Program-made: the position numbers and the translations under genes
The notes under the pieces: model-generated
Seen by the model: only the letters and a program-made list of their open reading frames with translations
Told to the model about the DNA's origin: nothing
Databases searched by the model: none
From: an uncultured Gammaproteobacteria bacterium
Lineage (GTDB): Bacteria > Patescibacteriota > Microgenomatia > Daviesbacterales > UBA10151
NCBI GenBank assembly: GCA_964640215.1
Contig: CAZXEW010000033.1
Span: 2,382-66,381, forward strand
DNA: 64,000 bases
Reading direction: 5' to 3'
In this document: in pieces, positions 9,520 to 17,766 of the stretch
Position numbering within the stretch: position 1 is the stretch's first letter
How the letters are laid out: each line of letters begins with the position of its first letter

Positions 9520-11841
9520 ATGAGAAATAATTTAGCTGTCCAACTTAATAATTTAAGCACAGTCATTATATTTGCCATTGTTATAGTTACGCCCTTACTG
9601 TTTTCTCCTTTCTTTACCGAATTTTATGAAACTAGTAAACTGGCGTTTTTAGTAACAGCGATGCTGGTACTACTGCTGACCTGGACACTTAGCTGGGTAA
9701 TTAGAGGTCGGGTGGTGATAACCCGGACTCCATTGGATTTGCCGTTACTACTTTTTCTACTGGTGATTGTCATCTCAGCCATCTTTAGCCAGACTCAAAG
9801 TGTGGCCATTTATGGCAATATTCCTAAGATTCATGGCTCAGCGGTTTCTCTGGTAACCTATGGCTTGTTTTATCTGATCGCAGTCTCCCATTTAAAATCG
9901 ACTGGTCAACTAAAATCGCTGTTCTATGGTTTGCTGCTCAGCTCCACGGTTGTGGCAATAGTGACGTTGCTGGCATATTTTAGTATTTACTTACCCCTCA
10001 GTATCGTCAGTTTTCAAAATTTTAGCCCGGCCGGATCGTCATTTGCTACTAGCGCTATTCTTATATTGACGCTGCCAATGTGCCTGTTGTCGATTACTAG
10101 ATCTAATAATTTTCTGCCGAAAGGGGTGGCTTTGATCTTAGCGACTTTGTTCACCTTAACGATCGGACTAATCGGAGCCAGTAGTGACCAAGGAAGTGGG
10201 CTGGTTTTTTCAGCCAGCTTTATCGGATTAATGGTGGCTTATCTGGTAACTTTTATAGCGCTTAAAGGTGACAAATTTAAAAACAAAATCTTGTTCATGA
10301 TGCCGGCGATCGTATTTATAGCGGTCTTGGTGACCAGCCATCTGCCGATTGGAGGGACGGCCAATTTTCTGCATAGCCGGGCAGTCAGTTTTCCAAGGGA
10401 GGTTCAATTACCGTTTGATATATCATGGAAAGTGGCAGCGTCAGCTTTTAGGGATGCGCCTTTTTTTGGGACAGGACCGGGAACATTTGTATATAATTTC
10501 AGTCTTTACAAACCAGTTTCGATCAATAACACCGACCTCTGGAATCTTCGTTTCGACAGTGCCTATAACGAATATCTACAGGTATTGGGGACGGTCGGTG
10601 GGTTGGGGTTGTTGGCATTAGTCTTTCTATCAGCCGTCATCTTGAATTTCGGCTACCGTGGTTTGCGCTCGGAAGATATTTTTGGCAAGGGCTTGGCAAT
10701 TAGTGCTATTTTAGTGGTGGTTTTGCTGGCGATCCACACAACCAGCGTGGTCACAATGTTAGCTTCGCTGGTCATTCTGGCGATGCTAATGGTTAATCAC
10801 AAATCAGCAAACGGACATGTTGAGGAGCTGAGTATTGGGATTAAGGCCTCGAAAGCGCTTGATAATAATTTAGTGGTGGGAGATATTTTACCGATCATAG
10901 TCTTTTTCCCAGTCGCCTTATTTGTGATTTGGGCGATTTGGCCGACATTTTGGTTCACCGGAAATAATACCAATATGGTTCCCAACGTGATCTCGGTCTT
11001 AACTGCTGATTACAACCATCGGGCAGCTCTGAATGCAGCTTCAACCCGTGGCTTGGATACTTATAATCATCTGGTTCAGGCAGAAAATATGAATTCGAGT
11101 GTCGATTTGTATCGGACTGATCTGGCCCAAACTAATTTCGCTTTGGCAAATGCTATCGCCGCTCAAAAAGGACCGACCGAGAGTTCACCAGGCGGTTCTT
11201 TGACTGATCAGGATAAGACTAATATTCGGACATTGTTGTCTCAGGCTATTCAGGAAGGACAAACTGCAACTGTCCTAAATCCTCGTAATCCGACTAATTT
11301 TGAGGTTCTAGCTGGAATTTATCGTCAGATCTCTGGGGTGGCTGAGAATGCGTCCAATTTTGCTTTAAATGCCTACGGCGAGGCGATCAAGCTGGATCCC
11401 TTGAATCCGGTGTTAAGATTGAACGTCGGTGGAGTCTATTATTCATTGAAAAATTATGACATGGCCATCCGCTTTTTTAGCGATGCGGTCAACTTGAAAC
11501 CGGATTTGGCCAACGCTTATTACAATTTGTCAATTGCTCTGCGCGAGAAGGGTGACTTAAAATCGGCGGTTCAAATAGCCCAACAAGTGGTAGTTTTACT
11601 GCAAAAGGATACTAATAATCCCGATTATAAGCTGGCCTCGGATTATTTAAAGAACTTGCAGGCGGTAGTGGCCTCAGGTAGTGCCGACCCAAACGTGGCT
11701 GGGGCTAGCAGCGATACTTCAAGTTATACCCCGCCGGCAGCAGCCAATTCCAGTCCGCTGCAGCAAAAGAATTATCCGAAAATATTAGATCTGCCTAAAA
11801 CCTCAGCCAACGTGGCTACTCCCCCGGCTGTTAAGAAGTAG
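9520..11841 (+). CDS. O-antigen ligase/polymerase-like (Wzy_C) polytopic membrane protein with C-terminal TPR repeats
   Basis: ~12 predicted TM helices; Wzy_C-like loop ...FFGTGPGTFVYNF...DSAYNEYLQVLGTVGGLG (H/N-x-Y-L motif); C-terminal soluble part has TPR-like repeats (ANAYYNLSIALREKGDLKSAVQIAQQ). Confidence 0.7.
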   Translation: MRNNLAVQLNNLSTVIIFAIVIVTPLLFSPFFTEFYETSKLAFLVTAMLVLLLTWTLSWVIRGRVVITRTPLDLPLLLFLLVIVISAIFSQTQSVAIYGNIPKIHGSAVSLVTYGLFYLIAVSHLKSTGQLKSLFYGLLLSSTVVAIVTLLAYFSIYLPLSIVSFQNFSPAGSSFATSAILILTLPMCLLSITRSNNFLPKGVALILATLFTLTIGLIGASSDQGSGLVFSASFIGLMVAYLVTFIALKGDKFKNKILFMMPAIVFIAVLVTSHLPIGGTANFLHSRAVSFPREVQLPFDISWKVAASAFRDAPFFGTGPGTFVYNFSLYKPVSINNTDLWNLRFDSAYNEYLQVLGTVGGLGLLALVFLSAVILNFGYRGLRSEDIFGKGLAISAILVVVLLAIHTTSVVTMLASLVILAMLMVNHKSANGHVEELSIGIKASKALDNNLVVGDILPIIVFFPVALFVIWAIWPTFWFTGNNTNMVPNVISVLTADYNHRAALNAASTRGLDTYNHLVQAENMNSSVDLYRTDLAQTNFALANAIAAQKGPTESSPGGSLTDQDKTNIRTLLSQAIQEGQTATVLNPRNPTNFEVLAGIYRQISGVAENASNFALNAYGEAIKLDPLNPVLRLNVGGVYYSLKNYDMAIRFFSDAVNLKPDLANAYYNLSIALREKGDLKSAVQIAQQVVVLLQKDTNNPDYKLASDYLKNLQAVVASGSADPNVAGASSDTSSYTPPAAANSSPLQQKNYPKILDLPKTSANVATPPAVKK

Positions 11842-11854
11842 TGGTATAATAATT

Positions 11855-11925
11855 TTGAGAGCGTGTGACGCCGCGTCCACGTCGAACGTGGCTATTGCAA
11901 ACGCGGCTGTCACATCTGACGTGAC
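11855..11925 (+). terminator. cluster of GC-rich hairpins downstream of the Wzy-like gene (terminator-like)
   Basis: ttgagagcgtgtgacgccgcgtCCACGtcgaaCGTGG...GTCACatctgacGTGAC; GC-rich stems in an AT-rich genome; shares its 5' ~25 nt with the element at 12139. Confidence 0.35.
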
Positions 11926-12138
11926 GGAGAAAGGATTTCTCCGATGGATCCATAGAATCTTTACTTCTAACATTTTGACTTCTCCTTAAGTGGCCTTGAC
12001 CTGTTTAGATAATCTTCTATCGGTCTGTTTTACTCCAAAACTTGAGGCTGTTTAAGTTTAGATTATAGCTTTGAGAAATCAGAGGGTTTTTTTGTGGTGT
12101 TGTCTCAAACAAGACACGGAGTAAGTTAAGTATTGTTA

Positions 12139-12212
12139 TTGAGAGCGTAAGTGTCGCGTCAAACGCGACTCGCAGTCAAACTTGGCTTCTGGCGAAGCCG
12201 CGTTTGACGCGG
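12139..12212. repeat. GC-rich hairpin repeat cluster abutting tRNA-Ala(CGC)
   Basis: ttgagagcgtaagtGTCGCGTcaaACGCGAC...gcttctggcgaagcCGCGTTTGACGCGG; CGCGTCAAACGCG and its reverse complement occur 30 nt apart; the 5' end is a near-copy of the 11855 element. Confidence 0.35.
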
Positions 12213-12284
12213 TGGACCTGAGGGGAATCGAACCCCTGATCTCCTCATTGCGAACGAGGCGCATTACCACTGTGCTACAGGCCC
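12213..12284 (-). tRNA. tRNA-Ala (anticodon CGC)
   Basis: Reverse complement GGGCCTGTAGCACAGTGGTAATGCGCCTCGTTCGCAATGAGGAGATCAGGGGTTCGATTCCCCTCAGGTCCA folds as a cloverleaf: 7-bp acceptor stem with the Ala identity pair G3:U70, anticodon loop TTCGCAA, T-loop TTCGATT, discriminator A, followed by CC. Confidence 0.85.
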
Positions 12285-12380
12285 TCGTCGAAGCTAGGTT
12301 ACAGGCTCCACTACGCTAAAGCTTCGTGGAGCACACTTCGCATTTTATTGTGGCCAGCCACACGTAGCTTCAGCGAAGTG

Positions 12381-12453
12381 TGGACCCTACCGGGCTTGAA
12401 CCGGTCACCTTTGCAATGCCATTGCAACGCTCTACCAGATGAGCTAAGGGCCC
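12381..12453 (-). tRNA. tRNA-Ala (anticodon GGC)
   Basis: Reverse complement GGGCCCTTAGCTCATCTGGTAGAGCGTTGCAATGGCATTGCAAAGGTGACCGGTTCAAGCCCGGTAGGGTCCA: D-arm GCTC/GAGC, anticodon loop ATGGCAT, T-arm ACCGG/CCGGT, G3:U70, discriminator A. Confidence 0.85.
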
Positions 12454-12464
12454 TCGAACGTATT

Positions 12465-12995
12465 TTACCTATTTTTAAACCTGTATTCCAGTCTTTTTTT
12501 GAAAAGATTCTCCGCGTAGCCACCTTCAGTCAAGAATTTTTGCTCGAGGGAGGTAATTTGGCGGTCGAGCAAGAAGCCAGCCTGGTTGATTAGAGTTAGT
12601 AAGAGATTAATCACGAGTTCAGGGTTATGGGGGAGATCAGGGATATAGGGGGTATCAGGAGTAGTTTTTTCCCATATCTCCCTTATCACCCTCATATCCC
12701 CTGCCTGTTTTTTATCCCAGATCGGGATCTGCTTTTGCCGGGCGTAGTCTTGGTAGTCCTCAAGTAGCTCAGCGAGCGATGCTCTAGCTACACCAACTAG
12801 CTTGATGTACATTTTTAAGCTTTTTTCCAGGTAACCTTCGGCGATGTTTTGTTTGCCTGAGCGAGCAGCCTGGACCATCTGATCATGGGTTCGAGAGCGT
12901 GGGTTAATGAAGCGATTGCAAAATCTAACTGTTAGATCATAGATCACTACAGTTAGCTGGTAACTTTTGAGGTATTTATAACCGGCCAAAGACAT
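12465..12995 (-). CDS. four-helix-bundle protein (23S rRNA intervening-sequence protein family) with an internal ~30-aa insertion and C-terminal extension
   Basis: YKYLKSYQLTVVIYDLTVRF...RSGKQNIAEGY...SLAELLEDY matches the TIGR02436-type four-helix-bundle signature (..NIAEG..). At 176 aa it is longer than the usual ~120 aa; residues ~97-125 are encoded by a G-rich/C-rich palindromic repeat. Confidence 0.6.
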   Translation of the reverse strand: MSLAGYKYLKSYQLTVVIYDLTVRFCNRFINPRSRTHDQMVQAARSGKQNIAEGYLEKSLKMYIKLVGVARASLAELLEDYQDYARQKQIPIWDKKQAGDMRVIREIWEKTTPDTPYIPDLPHNPELVINLLLTLINQAGFLLDRQITSLEQKFLTEGGYAENLFKKRLEYRFKNR

Positions 12996-13037
12996 TGCGG
13001 GATTATAGCATAGCTGTAGGCATCCCTTATGCCACTC

Positions 13038-14012
13038 TTAGCTCCCTTTATTGAAATAGTCGTAGGTGTCTTTGGAGATTTGGGCCAGCAGATCGACGGC
13101 CGAATCTTCGTATTTGACGTTTTGACTCATCAGCACGATCAGGTAAGGACGGGCCTCGAGAAAGACAATGCCGGCATCATGGCGAACCTTGGATAGTTCG
13201 CCGGTTTTATGGGCAATTTTTAGCTCATCAGGTAGTTTAGCCGGAATGCGGTTGTTAATCTGGTCTCTGGCCAGTAGATCAATTAATCTGTTGGAGGCGG
13301 CTTCTGAAACAATTTGTTTGCGGTAGAGTTTAGTCAGAAAAAGGCCAATATCAGAGGCTGAGGTAGAGATAGGAGCTTTAATGGTGGTTTGACTCGCGCC
13401 AATCAGGTCGGCTTGATCTTGAACTTTTTGCCAGCCGATTTTCTCAGCCAGCATAATTGAGGAGTAGTTGTCTGACAGCCGGGCAATCCGGTCAAGTGCC
13501 TGAGAGACGGTAAAACTGATTTGATCGGAATCCTGGTAATCTTGGTAGCCATAATCAGCTGAGCCTAGCACTTCGATCAAATGTTGGTGGCTACTGCTTA
13601 AGATGTCGTCATCTGAGAGCTGGCCTTGTTCTTCGGCTTCGAGGGCGGCGGCCAGTAAAAATAGTTTATAGAGTGAAGCGGCTTCAAAGACGGCTGAATC
13701 ATTAATCCTGACTCCTGAGTCCTCTTTTTTGGATAAATCCTGAATAAATATGGCATAATCACCCGGTTGAGCGGCCAGGTCGTTTCTAATTGCTTGTTCG
13801 AGGGCCTTGAGTCGATGGTAAGCGTTAGGAGCCGGCAGGCTGCTAAACTTTGGTTTCGGATCAATCAATGATTTCTGCTTGGTCGAAGAGTTTGAGGCAA
13901 AGGGATGGATGTTAAAGAAAATAATGGCTTCGTGTGTAATAAGGACTAAACCAGCTAAAGTTAGGATTAATAAGAGACAGCGGACTATTGTTGACATCTG
14001 ATTATTGTACAA
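13038..14012 (-). CDS. class A beta-lactamase-family serine hydrolase, N-terminally membrane-anchored
   Basis: All three class A motifs in order and spacing: SxxK (ASLYK), SDN (LSDNYSS), KTG (HKTGE); N-terminal hydrophobic anchor LLLILTLAGLVLI. Confidence 0.65.
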   Translation of the reverse strand: MYNNQMSTIVRCLLLILTLAGLVLITHEAIIFFNIHPFASNSSTKQKSLIDPKPKFSSLPAPNAYHRLKALEQAIRNDLAAQPGDYAIFIQDLSKKEDSGVRINDSAVFEAASLYKLFLLAAALEAEEQGQLSDDDILSSSHQHLIEVLGSADYGYQDYQDSDQISFTVSQALDRIARLSDNYSSIMLAEKIGWQKVQDQADLIGASQTTIKAPISTSASDIGLFLTKLYRKQIVSEAASNRLIDLLARDQINNRIPAKLPDELKIAHKTGELSKVRHDAGIVFLEARPYLIVLMSQNVKYEDSAVDLLAQISKDTYDYFNKGS

Positions 14013-14039
14013 GAAAAAAGGTAAATTTTGACTGAGAGA

Positions 14040-14138
14040 TTATTTGAGGATAGCCAGTGGATTAACGGCAATTCCCTTTAGAGTAAGCATCATACTCGCA
14101 AGGGAATTTGGGACTGATTTGGTTGTAGTTTGGTACAT
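14040..14138 (-). pseudogene. duplicated 3'-end fragment of the adjacent M23 peptidase gene
   Basis: A 33-codon ORF ends ...LKGIAVNPLAILK*, identical to the last 12 aa of the 14151..15281 product. 14040..14078 is a ~88% nucleotide copy of 14151..14189. Confidence 0.45.
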
Positions 14139-14150
14139 AGAATTAGTTAA

Positions 14151-15281
14151 TTACTTTAAGATAGCCAAGGGATTAACGGCAATTCCCTTATAACGGATCT
14201 CAAAGTGTAAATGAGTACCTGTTGAACGGCCGGTTGAGCCCATTTGGCCGATTGATTGGCCACGAGAGACTTTTTGGCCAACAGAGACAAAGATGTTCGA
14301 TAGATGGCCATATAGGGTGGTGTAGCCGTTTCCATGGTCGATGACGATTCGATTGCCATAGCCATAGTTATCCGGCCAACCGGCGACAGTGATCGTGCCA
14401 CCGTCTGAGGCGCTAACGGGCGGGGCGGCGGGGTTCGTGAGGTCAATACCGGGATGCCACCAGGCAAAGTAGGTTGATATGCCGACCGATTTACTTGGCC
14501 AAATAAAATTTCCGCCTCCGGGGGCCGTAAAGGTCGGCGAGGTGCTGTTTTGGCCTTGGGCCAGGTAACGTGGCTGGATTTTGGGTTTAGGTGTAGTTTT
14601 GGCTTCCGGCGGTACACCCTCAGGTACAATCAGGACCTGGCCGACTTTAAGTTTAAAATCATCTGGCACGTCATTAAACGGAAAATCCAGGATGTTCTGC
14701 TGCTGGGCACTAAATTGTTTGGCGACCGACTCGAGAGTGTCGCCGGATTTGACAGTGATAGCAAGCCCGCTGACTGGCAGAATTTTGAGTTTCTGGCCGG
14801 GTTTGACAGTAGCGATAGTTGAGAGATTATTGGCCCATTTGATAGTGTCGGAACTGATGTTAAACTTCTCAGCAATTTGAGAGACTGTCTCCCCGCTTTT
14901 AACTTCGTACTCGATAATTTCGGAACGGGGTTTATCAGAGATGGCGGTTTTGAGATTAATTAAGGACTCAAGACTGATGCCTGAGGCAAAAGGGTCAAAG
15001 GTTTCAATAGTCCGCGGGTCCTGACCGCCGGTACCGGGAAAAGACGAGGAGACGATCGAAGTACCGCCTAAAACTCCTGAGGTCAGAACGCCAACGGCCG
15101 ACAAACCAATCATTGAAGTGTGCCAGACGTTTTTTTGGAATCTACCACGCCGATGCATTAAGCCAACGACCGTGGCGTTTTTGGCCTGTTCAATGACAAA
15201 ACCAAACTGGCGAGTCTTGCGGGATTGGTAAATAGCCATGAATTTGACAAGTTCTTTGAGATCGTCTGCGGAGGAATTCAT
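14151..15281 (-). CDS. LysM-domain M23 family metallopeptidase (peptidoglycan hydrolase)
   Basis: Two LysM repeats (YEVKSGETVSQIAEKFNISSDTIKWANNL; ITVKSGDTLESVAKQFSAQQQNILDF) and a C-terminal M23 domain (GHLSNIFVSVGQKVSRGQSIGQMGSTGRSTGTHLHFEI); N-terminal TM anchor. Confidence 0.85.
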   Translation of the reverse strand: MNSSADDLKELVKFMAIYQSRKTRQFGFVIEQAKNATVVGLMHRRGRFQKNVWHTSMIGLSAVGVLTSGVLGGTSIVSSSFPGTGGQDPRTIETFDPFASGISLESLINLKTAISDKPRSEIIEYEVKSGETVSQIAEKFNISSDTIKWANNLSTIATVKPGQKLKILPVSGLAITVKSGDTLESVAKQFSAQQQNILDFPFNDVPDDFKLKVGQVLIVPEGVPPEAKTTPKPKIQPRYLAQGQNSTSPTFTAPGGGNFIWPSKSVGISTYFAWWHPGIDLTNPAAPPVSASDGGTITVAGWPDNYGYGNRIVIDHGNGYTTLYGHLSNIFVSVGQKVSRGQSIGQMGSTGRSTGTHLHFEIRYKGIAVNPLAILK

Positions 15282-15467
15282 GAGGTAGTTACTAGTTAAC
15301 TAGTCAACTAGTATCTACTAACTGATTGGTTTGGTCAAGTTGACAAGGTGTGGTATTGACTAGTGAGTAGTTTGTAGATAGTAGTGGGTAGCATGTTGAG
15401 AGTAGTACGTAGTACAGATTCAAATTGTTTTGGCCTTACTACAAACTACCAACTACCAACTATATGC

Positions 15468-16823
15468 TTACTTCGCGGTGGCGGTGGCGGCGAGAGTTTT
15501 GAGGAACTCCTCGTTGTCGGTGGTTTTGGCGAGTTGTTCAAGCAGTCTCTCGGTTTGCTCGGATTCGCTCAGGATCCGGATGATCCGATGCATCATGGTC
15601 ATCATGTCATAGACTTCTTTGGTAAACATCAGTTGTTCTTGGCGAGTACCGGAGGCTTGGATGTCGATGGCTGGGAAGATCCGACGTTCTGATAGTTTAC
15701 GGTCAAGGTGCATCTCCATGTTGCCAGTGCCTTTAAACTCTTCATAGATCAGATCATCCATTCGGGAACCAGTATCCACTAAGGCTGTACCAATAATGGT
15801 CAGTGACCCACCTTCTTCACAATTTCGCGCGGCCCCGAAGAATCTCTTCGGCGGATATAGCGCGACAGGATCGAATCCTCCGGAGAGGGTTCGACCGGAA
15901 GGCGGTACGACTAAATTATAGGCACGACCTAAGCGGGTAATGGAATCGAGCAAAATAACCACATCTTTGCCTTCTTCGACCAATCGTTTGGCTCGCTCGA
16001 GAGCGACTTCGGCTGCCCGGGTTTGGTTTTCAGCCGGCTCATCAAAGTTGGAGGCGATGACATCGCCTTTGATCGAACGGGAAATGTCGGTCACCTCTTC
16101 GGGTCGCTCCCCGACCAAAACGGCCATCAAAACGACGTCAGGGTGATTCTTGGCAATACCGGCGGCGATATCTTTTAGAATCGTGGTTTTCCCGGCTTTT
16201 GGCGGCGAGACGATCATACCCCGCTGGCCAAAACCGATTGGGGCGATCAGATCGATGACTCGTTGTGACAGCGGAGTTTTGCCGGTTTCAAGTTTGAGCG
16301 GCTTATTTGGATAAATGGCGGTCAAATCTTCAAATTTGGTGCGGCGAATTTTAGCGCCGTTTTCAACAACCAAACCTTCAGCTGACTTATCGTTGACTTT
16401 ACTAACCTGAAGCAGGCCATAATAGCGCTCGTTTTCTTTAGGTTCACGGGCGCCTCCTTCAACAAAATCGCCCGGTCTGAGGTTGAAACGGCGAATCTGA
16501 CTGGACGAGATATAGACGTCTTTCTCACTTGGGGTGTATTTGGGCCTTAAAAAGCCGTGTCCCTCAGGCATAATGTCCAGGAAACCTGAGACCTCGACTG
16601 TCGGGAGATCACGATTCTCACGCTCCCGGTTGTAGCCATCTTTTGGGCGATAAGTGCTGGCGCGGTAACCAAAATCCGAAACCGGCTCCTGATAATTAGC
16701 CGTTTCAGGTGCGCTTGGCGGTGCTGAGATGATTTCATTAACATCGATGTTTGGTGCAGGTGAAGTTGAAATAGCGGAGACAGGCTCCGATAATTTAGGT
16801 TTAAAACTGCGGGTATTTGCCAT
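15468..16823 (-). CDS. rho: transcription termination factor Rho
   Basis: Walker A GFGQRGMIVSPPKAGKTTIL; CSD-like RNA-binding segment GFLDIMPEGHGFLRPKY; Q/R-loop region; N-terminus replaced by a ~80-aa P/S/A-rich low-complexity extension. Confidence 0.9.
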   Translation of the reverse strand: MANTRSFKPKLSEPVSAISTSPAPNIDVNEIISAPPSAPETANYQEPVSDFGYRASTYRPKDGYNRERENRDLPTVEVSGFLDIMPEGHGFLRPKYTPSEKDVYISSSQIRRFNLRPGDFVEGGAREPKENERYYGLLQVSKVNDKSAEGLVVENGAKIRRTKFEDLTAIYPNKPLKLETGKTPLSQRVIDLIAPIGFGQRGMIVSPPKAGKTTILKDIAAGIAKNHPDVVLMAVLVGERPEEVTDISRSIKGDVIASNFDEPAENQTRAAEVALERAKRLVEEGKDVVILLDSITRLGRAYNLVVPPSGRTLSGGFDPVALYPPKRFFGAARNCEEGGSLTIIGTALVDTGSRMDDLIYEEFKGTGNMEMHLDRKLSERRIFPAIDIQASGTRQEQLMFTKEVYDMMTMMHRIIRILSESEQTERLLEQLAKTTDNEEFLKTLAATATAK

Positions 16824-17303
16824 AATTTAGTTAGGATTAATCACAAGTCTACGGATGTATTTGTTTTTACAATAATCAGGGAAGACAGCAAACAGAATAA
16901 CTCTTAACTGAGTGTATTCTATAACATTACTCGGGTTTTGTCAATCAGATCATTCAGAATGAGTTTTTCACGTTGCTATAAGCTACTTATATATATGTAG
17001 TTACTTCTGTTGCCTTGGTGCTATGAGATAACCATTTTAGAGAATAATATTTTAATGTTTAGTTATAGGGCCCAAAGTGTTTGACTTGTGGTGGATAAGT
17101 CGAATCGAACTGTGGAAAACTTGAGATGGGTGGAAGAGCGAGAATTTGTAATCTCTATTGGAGACTAATCCCTGCCCTAGATTAATCTCCAATACAAACT
17201 GCAAATAAAGCGACCCCTTGACAAGCAGATAGTTTTGTGAAATCCTAAATGTAGAAAATAACTTCTATCTGCTCTTGAGGTTATTTTCGTACTTAATTAA
17301 AAA

Positions 17304-17349
17304 GGGCATTGCTATTCGAGTCCGTCTGCGGTAGTAATGCTCTTTTTTT
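17304..17349. terminator. hairpin flanked by A5 upstream and T7 downstream (bidirectional intrinsic-terminator-like)
   Basis: aaaaaGGGCATTGCTAttcgagtccgtctgcggTAGTAATGCTCttttttt; 10-bp stem with one G-U pair. Confidence 0.5.
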
Positions 17350-17366
17350 GTTCTATTTTTAAGGTA

Positions 17367-17403
17367 AGAGCATTGCGACTTAAGGTCTTAATGCTCTTTT
17401 TTT
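17367..17403 (+). terminator. second hairpin plus T-run (intrinsic-terminator-like)
   Basis: AGAGCATTGCGACttaaGGTCTTAATGCTCTttttttt; shares the TAATGCTCTTTTTTTGTT 18-mer with the first hairpin. Confidence 0.45.
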
Positions 17404-17589
17404 GTTTTCAAATAATTCTTGCTCGGCATCGTAGGCAGCTGGCTTTGGTTACGAATTATTTGGTTTTGTCTTTTTCTTCTCCTTTAGTTCGTAAATTCAA
17501 AACACTTTCCAAGGTTCTAAAACGGTGTTAATTCGGCTTGGTCAGGATTAAGCTTTCCTGTATCCGTCTGCTACACAGAAAAGCGCTGT

Positions 17590-17730
17590 TTAACCTCTAA
17601 CCATTAAAATTAATTTACCGTCGGATAAAACTTTACGGACCTGGCGAAGCTGTCCTTCGTTGCGACTGATGTTTCGTCGGGTGAATTTTTTCTTCAGCTC
17701 TTTTCCGTACAGAAAATTCAAATTGACCAT
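17590..17730 (-). CDS. hypothetical leaderless small basic protein (46 aa), identity unknown
   Basis: MVNLNFLYGKELKKKFTRRNISRNEGQLRQVRKVLSDGKLILMVRG; the ATG lies 7 nt downstream of a consensus -10; no family match I can make from sequence. Confidence 0.25.
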   Translation of the reverse strand: MVNLNFLYGKELKKKFTRRNISRNEGQLRQVRKVLSDGKLILMVRG

Positions 17731-17737
17731 TGCCCGG

Positions 17738-17766
17738 ATATTAGCATAGCCAATACTATTTGTCAA
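17738..17766 (-). promoter_or_regulatory. near-consensus sigma70-type promoter (TTGACA - 17 nt - TAATAT)
   Basis: Minus strand reads TTGACAaatagtattggctatgcTAATATccgggcaATG; exact -35 hexamer, 17-nt spacer, 5/6 match at -10. Confidence 0.55.

Noticed and set aside
12311-12593. Two overlapping ORFs (12311..12523 minus, 12348..12593 plus) of 70-81 aa
   Set aside because: They overlap the two tRNA-Ala genes and the 3' end of the four-helix-bundle gene; translation is arginine-rich nonsense typical of tRNA-overlapping frames.
14156-14880. ORFs 14156..14629(-), 14550..14822(+), 14581..14880(+), 14630..14875(-)
   Set aside because: All are alternate frames within the LysM/M23 peptidase gene, which has clear domain signatures; these have P/R/S-rich composition.
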